Assembly (NCBI RefSeq): GCF_002945325.1
Contig: NZ_CP026606.1
Coordinates: 1,530,001 to 1,562,000 of the forward strand
Length of the DNA: 32,000 bases
Direction: 5' to 3'
Source of the DNA: Methanococcus maripaludis
GTDB taxonomy: Archaea; AGJL01; Methanococci; Methanococcales; Methanococcaceae
Shown here piece after piece: positions 1 through 8,711 of this stretch. Under the pieces are notes generated by a model that was not told the origin of the DNA, made no database searches, and saw only the letters and a list, made by a program, of their open reading frames with translations. Every line of letters begins with the position of its first letter. The first letter of the stretch is position 1. Both the position numbers and the translations under genes were made by a program.

Positions 1-249
1 TTCTATGGATTCAACACCCACAACTTTGTCCTGTGCTTGAAGGTAAGTTACAAGTCTAAGACATCCTGGTCCCGAACACACGATTCTTTGAATATTTGCG
101 GGAACTTCAACAGTTCTTCCAACCATATCTACAATTTCAACAGTTTTAGCAACTTCGCCTGAAGATTCGGCAGTATTATCAACACAGCCTGAAAAGCTGA
201 GTGCAATCATCAATGAAATCAAGGCTGATAAAACCCCTATTTTTTTCAA
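1..249 (-). CDS. ABC transporter substrate-binding lipoprotein (iron/cobalamin/siderophore type), N-terminal part; C-terminus runs off the left edge
   Basis: Not in the ORF track. Translating the minus strand from TTG at 249 gives MKKIGVLSALISLMIALSFSGCVDNTAESSGEVAKTVEIVDMVGRTVEVPANIQRIVCSGPGCLRLVTYLQAQDKVVGVESIE: signal peptide, FSGC lipobox and 'VPaNiqRIV' periplasmic-binding-protein signature. Upstream ggtga RBS. Confidence 0.8.
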   Translation of the reverse strand, partial: MKKIGVLSALISLMIALSFSGCVDNTAESSGEVAKTVEIVDMVGRTVEVPANIQRIVCSGPGCLRLVTYLQAQDKVVGVESIE

Positions 250-379
250 AATTTCACCTGATATTATCAATGTTTTAAAAATATGATATTTATCATACTT
301 TTAAATTAAATGTAATAATTGATACATAAAATTTTCTATATAATATTAAAAAAATAAGATTCTAAAAAAGATAATAAAT

Positions 380-1462
380 TTAATTAATTTTTTTAGCAAC
401 GATAATAATGTTTGGAAACATTTCTTCCTTAAATTCAGTTAATTCATAAACAGGTTTTGTTTCGAGTACTTCAAACCCTAATTTCTCAAGATATGAAACA
501 TATTCTTCAAAAGTAAGATCCGTTTCAAAAGTATATCTTATACTTCCCTTTCCAGTGCTGTTAAAGCTGTTAAAGTTCCATTCCATGTTATTTAATGTAT
601 CAGGCATATTTTTCGTTAATTTTGGAAATGCCTGTTTTGTAATAAATAATCCTCCCGTATTTAGCGAATTGTATACTTTTTTAGCAACTTTTGGATTTTT
701 TCCGCCAGGGTTGTACGAACTAAAAATTATATCAAAATCTTCTCCGAAATCGTCTTTAAAAAAATTTCCTGCAATTGTATCAACGTTTTTCGCATCGTAT
801 TTTTCTATGAATTTTTTAGTTTCAATTGTAACGTCGGGTAAATCAAAAACAAAAGCATTTAAATTTTCATTCAGCATACCAAGGCTTATTGCGTAGAGCC
901 CGTGGCCTCCTGCAACGTCGAGAAGTTTTTTTGCAGATTTAAATTCCGAAAATTTAGAGATATATTCGACAGTTTTTTGAAGTTCCCAACATTTGCAGTC
1001 GTTTGCCATTCTTTTAATTATTTCTGGGAAAAATGCATTTTCCATGACTTCATTTTTGGAACCGTTCATTATTTCAGACAAATTTGCCCATTTATCAATA
1101 TTTTCAAATGAAGCGGAGATTGAAGGGCTTTTTGAATATACTGAATCCATTTTTAAGTAATTATCACTTGCAAATGTGTTGATGTAATGGGTTTCGCCAT
1201 TTTTTGATGCTATTGAAATAATTCCAAGTTCATAGAGTGCTTTTAACATTAATTCAGTTAAAACAGGATCCAAGTCCAAAATCGATGATAAATCTTTGGA
1301 AGTTTTTGAATCAGAAAGGTAATCAAATATTTTTAATTCAATTGCAGTTTTTAGTAAATAAAATTTTTGGGCTCCAAAATAAGTTTCAAGCATTATTTTA
1401 TCAATTTTTTCAGGACTTTCGGCAGGAAGTGGAAATGAATTTTGGTATTTTTTGGCATTCAA
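380..1462 (-). CDS. SAM-dependent methyltransferase, O-methyltransferase-like with N-terminal winged-helix/dimerisation region
   Basis: ORF of about 360 aa with LLDVAGGHGLYAISLG (SAM motif I) and FDIIFSSYNPGG; N-terminal AIELKIFDYLSD...LTELMLKALYELGII resembles the dimerisation domain. Listed start is a GTG overlapping the RBS (gggtgat); TTG at 1462 is more likely. Confidence 0.75.
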   Translation of the reverse strand: MNAKKYQNSFPLPAESPEKIDKIMLETYFGAQKFYLLKTAIELKIFDYLSDSKTSKDLSSILDLDPVLTELMLKALYELGIISIASKNGETHYINTFASDNYLKMDSVYSKSPSISASFENIDKWANLSEIMNGSKNEVMENAFFPEIIKRMANDCKCWELQKTVEYISKFSEFKSAKKLLDVAGGHGLYAISLGMLNENLNAFVFDLPDVTIETKKFIEKYDAKNVDTIAGNFFKDDFGEDFDIIFSSYNPGGKNPKVAKKVYNSLNTGGLFITKQAFPKLTKNMPDTLNNMEWNFNSFNSTGKGSIRYTFETDLTFEEYVSYLEKLGFEVLETKPVYELTEFKEEMFPNIIIVAKKIN

Positions 1463-1602
1463 AATAATCACCCGTTTTGAAAATATTTTTTAAAACTAAT
1501 TTAAAACAACTTATATAAATATTCATATTATTTTTATAAAAATCATACTTAACAATATATTTAAATTATTAAATATATGTTTAGTTAAAAAATAAAAAAG
1601 AA

Positions 1603-2256
1603 TTATTCTTTTAAATCAGTATAACAGAACCACCAGTCGTAACCTTCAAGTTCTCCACTTTTACGGGCTTCAAGTCGTTTTTTTCGAGATTCCATGTCTT
1701 TTGCAGGAGGTACAATTACTTTTTCATTTAAAAAGTCATTATTTGGCCAGTTTGCAGGTGTTGCATAGCCTTTATCTGCAGTTTGAAGTGCTTTTACAAG
1801 CCTTACAATTTCATCCATATTTCTACCAACTTCCTGAGGGTAGTAAATTATTGCACGGATTGTTCCCGTAGCATCAACTACAAATACGGCCCTAACCGTA
1901 TTATTTCCTTTATAAGGGCTTATCATTCCAAGTTTTACTGCTAACTCTCCCCTATCATCAGCAATTATTGGAAATTCTATGTCAACATCTAATTTTTCTT
2001 TTATCCATTCTACCCATTTTATATGGCTGAATACCTGATCGATACTCAAACCAATTAATTCAGTATTCAATTCTCTGAACTGATCGTATCTTTTTTGAAA
2101 TGCAACAAACTCTGTAGTACACACTGGCGTGAAGTCTCCAGGGTGGCTGAATAAAACAAACCATTTTCCGGATTCGATATAATGTTCCGGTAATTTTAGC
2201 TTTCCATGGGTGGTTATAACTTCAACATCAGGAAATTTTTCTCCGATTACTACCAA
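1603..2256 (-). CDS. Peroxiredoxin (1-Cys/Prx6-like archaeal type)
   Basis: 217 aa with the peroxidatic motif [13 protein letters not shown] and C-terminal WWFCYTDL. Confidence 0.93.
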   Translation of the reverse strand: MVVIGEKFPDVEVITTHGKLKLPEHYIESGKWFVLFSHPGDFTPVCTTEFVAFQKRYDQFRELNTELIGLSIDQVFSHIKWVEWIKEKLDVDIEFPIIADDRGELAVKLGMISPYKGNNTVRAVFVVDATGTIRAIIYYPQEVGRNMDEIVRLVKALQTADKGYATPANWPNNDFLNEKVIVPPAKDMESRKKRLEARKSGELEGYDWWFCYTDLKE

Positions 2257-2476
2257 ATTATCCCCTCAAGATTTTTTTAATGTACATATAAATTTCGTTA
2301 TTTTGGAAATATATAAGTTTTGGCTGGTTTTTAAAAATAAATTTTAGTTTGAAATTTGATTAAAACGAAATCACATTTTTAGAATAATTGGGGGATTTAT
2401 ATATCTCAAAAATAATATTTTTTAATATCAAAAAATATTCAAAAAGCTATTTTTTCAAGTTCATTGAGGAAAATTT

Positions 2477-3286
2477 ATGGCACCTCTAACTTCTTATAAT
2501 CCCGTATTTCTTGCGTTATTAGCAACCATATTCACGTGGTTAGTAACTGCACTTGGAGCATCTTTAGTTTATCTTACTAAAACTGTTAATCGAAAACTTC
2601 TTGATATTTCACTCGGGTTTGCTGCAGGAATCATGATTGCGGCAAGTTTTTGGTCTTTGCTTGCCCCAGCAATCGAACTTTCAAGCAGTATGAATAATTT
2701 ATCATGGTTTCCAGCAAGTTTTGGCTTTTTAATTGGTGCATTTTTCCTTGCAGGAATTGATAAGATAGTTCCGCATCTTCATATGGGCCAGCCCCTAAAA
2801 GAAGCAGAAGGTCCAAAAACAACGTGGCATAAAAATCGACTTCTTTTGATGGCTGTAACAATCCATAATATCCCAGAAGGCCTTGCTGTGGGAATTGCAT
2901 TTGGTGCACTTGCTTTAAACATGTCTGTGGATTCATTAATGGCGGCAATTGTTCTTGCATTGGGTATTGGGATCCAAAATTTTCCGGAAGGAATTGCAGT
3001 TAGTTTTCCACTAAGAGGTGAGGGGCTGTCAAAAAATAAAAGTTTTTTTTACGGGCAACTCTCTGCAATTGTAGAACCTATTACGGGTGTTTTAGGGGCA
3101 TTTTTAGTCACTATTTTTACACCCCTGCTCCCGTATGCACTTAGTTTTGCTGCTGGAGCCATGATGTTTGTTGTAATTGAGGATATAATTCCAGAATGCC
3201 AACGTGAAGGAAACATTGACAGTGCCACAATAGCCGCAATTTTTGGTTTTATAGTAATGATGATTTTAGATGTGGCTTTGGGATAA
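2477..3286 (+). CDS. ZIP family divalent metal transporter
   Basis: 269 aa with multiple TM helices; motifs HNIPEGLAVGIAFG and NFPEGIAVSFPL are the ZIP TM4/TM5 signatures; RBS gagg upstream. Confidence 0.93.
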   Translation: MAPLTSYNPVFLALLATIFTWLVTALGASLVYLTKTVNRKLLDISLGFAAGIMIAASFWSLLAPAIELSSSMNNLSWFPASFGFLIGAFFLAGIDKIVPHLHMGQPLKEAEGPKTTWHKNRLLLMAVTIHNIPEGLAVGIAFGALALNMSVDSLMAAIVLALGIGIQNFPEGIAVSFPLRGEGLSKNKSFFYGQLSAIVEPITGVLGAFLVTIFTPLLPYALSFAAGAMMFVVIEDIIPECQREGNIDSATIAAIFGFIVMMILDVALG

Positions 3287-3408
3287 AACATAAAACTTGT
3301 TTAAAACCTTTAAAATTTAATTTTAACATTTAATCGTCCCCATATTCTTTTTTGCATGGTAAAATATATTAGTTTCTAAAAAATAAATATTATATGGGGG
3401 TGAATAGT

Positions 3409-3960
3409 ATGGCAAAAGTATCTCGTGAAATGGTAGAAAATTCTGGCATTAATGTAGATGAACTGGTTGAACTTTTGGTTAAAAATGCAGCTGCCGAATT
3501 AACCACATTTTACTACTATACAATATTGAGAATTAATTTAATAGGGTTAGAGGGGGAATGCCTTAAAGAAATTGCAGAAACTGCTAGAATAGAAGATAGA
3601 AATCATTTTGAAGCGCTGGTTCCAAGAATATACGAATTAGGAGGATCGCTTCCAAAAGATATGAAAGATTTTCATGATATATCGGGCTGTCCACCTGCAT
3701 ATTTGCCAGATGATGTTACAGATATCAATAAACTGATGAAAGTTTTATTACAGGCAGAACAGTGTGCAGTTAAGCAGTACACAAAAATTTGCAATATGAC
3801 TGCAGGAAAAGATCACAGAACCTATGATCTTGCTCTAGCCATATTAAATGAAGAAATTCAGCATGAATCATGGTTTTCAGAATTTTTAGGTGATGGGCCA
3901 TCGGGACACTTCCTTAGACAAGGAAAAACGTCGCCATTCGTCTCTAAATTTTTAGAATAA
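3409..3960 (+). CDS. Ferritin-like/Dps-like di-iron four-helix protein
   Basis: AAAELTTFYYYTILR...EARIEDRNHFEAL-type Glu/His pattern (ETARIEDRNHFEAL) and later LNEEIQHESWFSEFL. ATG at 3409 follows a ggggg/ggtga RBS; track start at 3394 is too long. Confidence 0.72.
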   Translation: MAKVSREMVENSGINVDELVELLVKNAAAELTTFYYYTILRINLIGLEGECLKEIAETARIEDRNHFEALVPRIYELGGSLPKDMKDFHDISGCPPAYLPDDVTDINKLMKVLLQAEQCAVKQYTKICNMTAGKDHRTYDLALAILNEEIQHESWFSEFLGDGPSGHFLRQGKTSPFVSKFLE

Positions 3961-3988
3961 CATAATTAAATATTATTTTTAAATAATT

Positions 3989-4603
3989 TTACATTTTCAT
4001 CTTAAATATTCCATAAAGTACATACAAAACTGCACAGATTGCAAGTGGTTCAATAACTCCAAACATTGAAAGAATTATGGAAATGCCAAAAACCACTAAA
4101 AGAGGTTTTTTCGGGTATTTTGGATAGTTAATATCACTTATCATAAGAATTCCTGAAATTACTGCAATGATTGAAACAACATATCCTGAACCAAAGCCAT
4201 ATTTTAAAGACATCTGGGTTAAGATGCATAAGAATAATGCGGCAGCAGGAATTGGGAGCCCTATAAAGTGTTTCACGTCCAATATTCCAAATCTTGCAAG
4301 CCTTAATGCACCGCCGATTAAGAATATAATTGATCCAATAATAGAAACGGTCGAATCAAAGTAATAATAAATTAAATACGCTGGAGCAACTCCAAAACTT
4401 ACAACATCGCAAATACTATCAAGTTCCGCACCAAATTCGGAGACCGTGTTTGTTTTTCTTGCAACAATTCCATCAAGAGCATCAAATACTATTGAAAGGT
4501 AAACAAAACGAAAATCGTGAAGCAGTATTGCGAGCATTCCAAAAATAATGTTTATAACAGTTACATAATCTGAAATCGTGATTATGTTTCTAATTTTGAA
4601 CAT
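3989..4603 (-). CDS. pssA: Archaetidylserine synthase / CDP-alcohol phosphatidyltransferase family
   Basis: CDP-alcohol phosphotransferase motif D-A-L-D-G-x2-A-R-x8-G-x3-D-x3-D (FDALDGIVARKTNTVSEFGAELDSICDVVSFG) plus TM segments. Confidence 0.85.
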   Translation of the reverse strand: MFKIRNIITISDYVTVINIIFGMLAILLHDFRFVYLSIVFDALDGIVARKTNTVSEFGAELDSICDVVSFGVAPAYLIYYYFDSTVSIIGSIIFLIGGALRLARFGILDVKHFIGLPIPAAALFLCILTQMSLKYGFGSGYVVSIIAVISGILMISDINYPKYPKKPLLVVFGISIILSMFGVIEPLAICAVLYVLYGIFKMKM

Positions 4604-4614
4604 GTTTATCGCCG

Positions 4615-5307
4615 TTAAATTAGTTTTTGAATTAATAATTTAAAGAGAATTTTAAATCCTGTAATGACGTTTGTTCCTCTCGCCATTGAATATTCTGTAT
4701 ATATCGTTTTTATCGGTACTTCTTTAAATTTTAAGTTATTCTTTTTAAAAAGTACTATAAATTCAGAAGATACTTCGTACCTATTGCTTTTAAGCTGTTT
4801 TGAAACGATTTCTGCCGCATCATGTGTAAAAGCCCGAAGTCCGCCCTGACTGTCAGTGACCATTTGTCCGCCCATTAAATAGGTTATAAAATTTAAACCC
4901 CAGTTTCCTATTTTTTTTATCAGGGGCATATTTTTTAATTCATTTTCATCAATAAGCCTGCTTCCAACGACAACATCAAAATTATCTTCAAGTAGTGGCT
5001 CTGAAACTTTGATAATGTCTTCAGGGTCGTGCTGTCCATCTGCATCAAATGTTACGATTACTTTTGGATTATACTTTACTGCACATTTTAATCCGGTTTT
5101 CAGTGCACCGCCAAGCCCTCTATTAATAATATGCTTACAGACAATTATTTCTTCTGAGATTGCAAGTTTTGACGTGTTGTCCCTACTTCCATCGTCAACT
5201 ACGATGATATTTTCATAACCGTGACTTTTTAAGTTGATTAATGTATTTTTAATCATTTTTTCTTCATTATATGCCGGAATTACAACAAAAATATCATTTT
5301 TTTCCAT
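4615..5307 (-). CDS. Glycosyltransferase family 2 (dolichyl-phosphate sugar synthase-like)
   Basis: FVVIPAYNEEKMIKNTL...NIIVVDDGSRDNT...VVTFDADGQHDPEDI: GT2 nucleotide-binding and DxD region. Confidence 0.92.
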   Translation of the reverse strand: MEKNDIFVVIPAYNEEKMIKNTLINLKSHGYENIIVVDDGSRDNTSKLAISEEIIVCKHIINRGLGGALKTGLKCAVKYNPKVIVTFDADGQHDPEDIIKVSEPLLEDNFDVVVGSRLIDENELKNMPLIKKIGNWGLNFITYLMGGQMVTDSQGGLRAFTHDAAEIVSKQLKSNRYEVSSEFIVLFKKNNLKFKEVPIKTIYTEYSMARGTNVITGFKILFKLLIQKLI

Positions 5308-5456
5308 ACTATCCCAAAATCGCTCGAATATTTAAATTTTAAATATTAGCTATATTTAAGCCCGTCATATATAAAAAAACTTATTATATAAAAAACGCTT
5401 GTTTGTAAATTTTTTATTAATTCTTTAAATATTTAAAAAAGTAAAAAACATGGATT

Positions 5457-6683
5457 TTACATCGCATTTTCGAGTGTCATATCCATCATTTCTTTAACGG
5501 ATTTTGCAAGTTCTGGTGGAAGGCCCGATATGTCGACACTTAAAAATCCTTTAATGATTAAAGAAGATGCTTCGTCTTCGCTCAATCCTCTTGACATTAA
5601 GTATTGGATTTGGTCTTCTGCGATTTTGCCAACTGCAGCTTCGTGTGACAATTCAAGGTCTGTTTTTTCAGCTTCAAGTTCCGGAACTGCTAAAATATGT
5701 CCGTCATTTGATAAAATCAAACCCCTACATTCGAGGTGGCCTTTAACGTTTGACTCTGCACCTATGAGGTGACCTCTTGAGATAACTTTTGCATCATCAA
5801 CTACGATAACTCTTGAAATCATGTCGGCAGCTGAATTTTCGCCTGAAAGGATTACTCTTGAACCCATATCTAAGTTTGAACTTCCTTTTCCGTATACTAT
5901 TGTCTGGAAAGTTGCTTTAGCATTTTTTCCTTCACAGTATGCGGTAGGGTAGCTTTGGATTGATTTTACAGGCATCATTGTAACGTAATTGTTTATAAAT
6001 ATGGAATCGTCGTCCATTTTTATTGCAGTTCTTGGCCTTACGTGTACATTTTCTCCCCAATTGTGAATCATCGTAAAGGTAAGTTTTGCATTTTTTTCAA
6101 GGTATATCTCAGAAACTCCGAGGTGAAGCCCTGATTTAACGTGAGGGGATGTAGTACATCCAGTAATTACGTTTAATTCTGCTCCTTCTTCCACGATAAT
6201 AATGTTATGAACGTTTTGAGATACTTCTTCACTACCTATTAAAAGGCATGTCTGAAGAGGGATTGTTTTTTTAACCCCTTTTGGAGCTCGAATAAAATAT
6301 CCTTCTGTAAGTTCTTTTGCAACTCTTGCGCCGTATTTGTCGCTCATCTGAACTGCGTTCCAGTAGTAGTCGTCAAGTTCGAATTTTTCAAGAGCTTCAG
6401 TAATCGGCATAAGTATAATATCCGAATACATTTTCGAGTATATTGCATCACTGTTTACCTGAACGTAAGATCCAACAGTGCTTTTTTCTTCAATGTCCAC
6501 TCCAACATTTGCAAGAGCTTGTTTATGATCTTCGTTTAAGTCCTTTAATGATTCCACTTTCAAAAGGTTTTCTTTTGGTGTAGGATACATGCTTAAGTCA
6601 ATATCTTCTCCAAATTTTGCAGGAACGTCCTTATATTTTTCAGCCATTTCCCTTACTTGTTGCAGCTTTTTTTCTGACAGCAT
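5457..6683 (-). CDS. sufB: SufB/SufD-family Fe-S cluster assembly scaffold
   Basis: About 408 aa; beta-helix SufB/D core ([81 protein letters not shown]). Likely ATG at 6683 with gaggtg RBS, overlapping sufC by 31 nt. Confidence 0.9.
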   Translation of the reverse strand: MLSEKKLQQVREMAEKYKDVPAKFGEDIDLSMYPTPKENLLKVESLKDLNEDHKQALANVGVDIEEKSTVGSYVQVNSDAIYSKMYSDIILMPITEALEKFELDDYYWNAVQMSDKYGARVAKELTEGYFIRAPKGVKKTIPLQTCLLIGSEEVSQNVHNIIIVEEGAELNVITGCTTSPHVKSGLHLGVSEIYLEKNAKLTFTMIHNWGENVHVRPRTAIKMDDDSIFINNYVTMMPVKSIQSYPTAYCEGKNAKATFQTIVYGKGSSNLDMGSRVILSGENSAADMISRVIVVDDAKVISRGHLIGAESNVKGHLECRGLILSNDGHILAVPELEAEKTDLELSHEAAVGKIAEDQIQYLMSRGLSEDEASSLIIKGFLSVDISGLPPELAKSVKEMMDMTLENAM

Positions 6684-7399
6684 GAAACACACCTCTGGTA
6701 TCCATTTTTAATAATTTCATTTAAAATTTCGTCAGGGGTTCCTGAACAGGCAATTACTCCATCCAATAGCACATGAGCCTTATCAACTTCCATGAAATTT
6801 AAGATATATCCAAGGTGAGTTATGATAAGTCCGGATTTATTTCGTTCACTTGGTTTTCTGTCTTTATCAAGCAGATGGTTAATGATTCCACCGAGCAGTT
6901 CTACGTTTTCAACGTCAACACCGCTATCTGGTTCATCAAACATCACAAGATCAGGGTTTTGTGCAAAAATCTGTAATAATTCAGATCTTTTAACTTCTCC
7001 GCCTGAAAAACCAACGTTTAAGTCTCTTTGGTAGAAGTGCCTGATGTTTAATCTTTTAGCCATTTCTTCCATTTCTTCGTCACTTCTTTTTGAAATGGCG
7101 TTTATCATCGTTTCAAGCCTTACGCCAGAAATTGCAGGTGGTGACTGGTAAGAAATACCAATTCCAAGTTGTGCTCGTTCATGCATTGGCATGTCAGTTA
7201 TATCTTTTCCTTTAAAGTAAATATTTCCCCTTACAACTTCGTATTTGGGGTTTCCGAGGATTGTGTTGAGCAATGTGGATTTTCCTGCTCCATTAGGTCC
7301 AAATAAAACATGACTTTCTCCTTTTTCGATATAAAGGTGGATATCTTTTAAAATTTCTTTGTCACCCACCTTAACCGATAAGTCTTCGATCTGTAGCAT
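6653..7399 (-). CDS. sufC: SufC, Fe-S assembly ABC-type ATPase
   Basis: Walker A GPNGAGKS, signature [11 protein letters not shown], Walker [15 protein letters not shown]. Confidence 0.95.
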   Translation of the reverse strand: MLQIEDLSVKVGDKEILKDIHLYIEKGESHVLFGPNGAGKSTLLNTILGNPKYEVVRGNIYFKGKDITDMPMHERAQLGIGISYQSPPAISGVRLETMINAISKRSDEEMEEMAKRLNIRHFYQRDLNVGFSGGEVKRSELLQIFAQNPDLVMFDEPDSGVDVENVELLGGIINHLLDKDRKPSERNKSGLIITHLGYILNFMEVDKAHVLLDGVIACSGTPDEILNEIIKNGYQRCVSCCQKKSCNK

Positions 7400-7954
7400 T
7401 TAATCACCTTTAATATGTTTCAAAAGTACTTCTCTAATATCATCCACATTTTCTAATATCGTAATGCTCTGCATTTTCTTAAGAATATTAACATTTTCTA
7501 CATCTGTATCTCTGATATATAGTTTTAGCGTTTTGCCTCCTGGAAGAATTGTTTCTATTTCTTCTTTTTTGTTATCTGGAGGATAGATGTATGTTGGAAC
7601 CATCGCTTTTGCCCCTTGTGCAACGGAATTTGTAATCAACGTGTCCGCAACCCCGTGTGCTATTTTTGCAACACTATTTGCAGTTACTGGTGCAACTAAA
7701 AATAAATCGTATTTTCCAGTCTGCAACATTCCTGGTAAGAATGGAGCATTTGAATTTACTTCTTTTCGGATATTATAGAATGTATCTTTTAATTTACCCA
7801 TCAATTTATACCAGTTAAGTACCATTTCAGCACTTTTTGAGTAGTAAATATCTACATCTAAATCTTCATATTCATTTTTTAATTCAACGATCATATCAAC
7901 TATTTCTTCGATTTTATCGCCGCAACCCGTAATGCCCCAAGCTATTTTAACCAT
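7400..7954 (-). CDS. afpA: Archaeoflavoprotein AfpA-like flavoprotein
   Basis: MVKIAWGITGCGDKIEE...LVAPVTANSVAKIAHGVADTLITNSVAQG: flavoprotein/HFCD fold, resembling AfpA; adjacent to an Isf gene as known for this pair. Confidence 0.8.
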   Translation of the reverse strand: MVKIAWGITGCGDKIEEIVDMIVELKNEYEDLDVDIYYSKSAEMVLNWYKLMGKLKDTFYNIRKEVNSNAPFLPGMLQTGKYDLFLVAPVTANSVAKIAHGVADTLITNSVAQGAKAMVPTYIYPPDNKKEEIETILPGGKTLKLYIRDTDVENVNILKKMQSITILENVDDIREVLLKHIKGD

Positions 7955-7956
7955 TT

Positions 7957-8550
7957 TTACTCACCCTCCTCATTTAAACAATTATAAAATTTTTTAAGAG
8001 TTCTTTTAAGGGTCCTGATTCCTTCCACGTCTTCTTCGACTCCCTTTTTACCGTTATCTTGGGACCAGAATGTAGCGCCCAAGTTAGAACCAAAAGAACC
8101 TCCACTTATTGGAATTACTCCATTTAATATGTAAAAGTCATGAATGGTTTTTAATACAACTTCTTGACCGCCATTTCTATCCCCTCCAACGGATAGGGCC
8201 ATTCCATATTTATTCCTTAACACATCTATGTCCTCTGCAAATATTGCCCTGCATCTATCCATTATGGTTTTTAACTGTCCAGAAACAGTTCCATTATAAC
8301 AAGGACTTCCCAGTATAACTGCATCAGCCCATTTTAGACCATTGTAGATTTCCTGCATACTATCTTTATGAACGCAACCTTCTTTAGTTCTAACGCAGTA
8401 ATCGCAGTGTATGCAAAATTCAATCTTTTTTTGAAAAACTGAAATATATTTAGTTTCAAATCCTTTTTCTTTTAAATAATCAAGTGCATAATTTACAGCA
8501 AAATGGGTTCCTTCTTTTCTTGGACTTCCGGATATTCCTAGGATTTTCAT
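7957..8550 (-). CDS. Iron-sulfur flavoprotein (Isf), NADPH-dependent FMN reductase-like
   Basis: MKILGISGSPRKEG flavodoxin-like start and compact cysteine motif CIHCDYCVRTKEGC (CX2CX2CX6C). ATG at 8550 has aggtg RBS. Confidence 0.88.
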   Translation of the reverse strand: MKILGISGSPRKEGTHFAVNYALDYLKEKGFETKYISVFQKKIEFCIHCDYCVRTKEGCVHKDSMQEIYNGLKWADAVILGSPCYNGTVSGQLKTIMDRCRAIFAEDIDVLRNKYGMALSVGGDRNGGQEVVLKTIHDFYILNGVIPISGGSFGSNLGATFWSQDNGKKGVEEDVEGIRTLKRTLKKFYNCLNEEGE

Positions 8551-8711
8551 AAAAACACCTATCAATTCAGAAATTTACGATAATATAATTATAAGAATTT
8601 AAATCCATATAAGTTAATATATTTATATATAATTTATCTTTTTTGGTATGCTCTGAGTTTAAAATGAAAAATTACGACATTTTTGAACGTTAATGTATAT
8701 ATTTTAAGATA

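Noticed and set aside
555-1467. Three plus-strand ORFs (113, 69, 76 aa) opposite the methyltransferase gene
   Set aside because: Shadow ORFs of a gene with clear SAM motifs.
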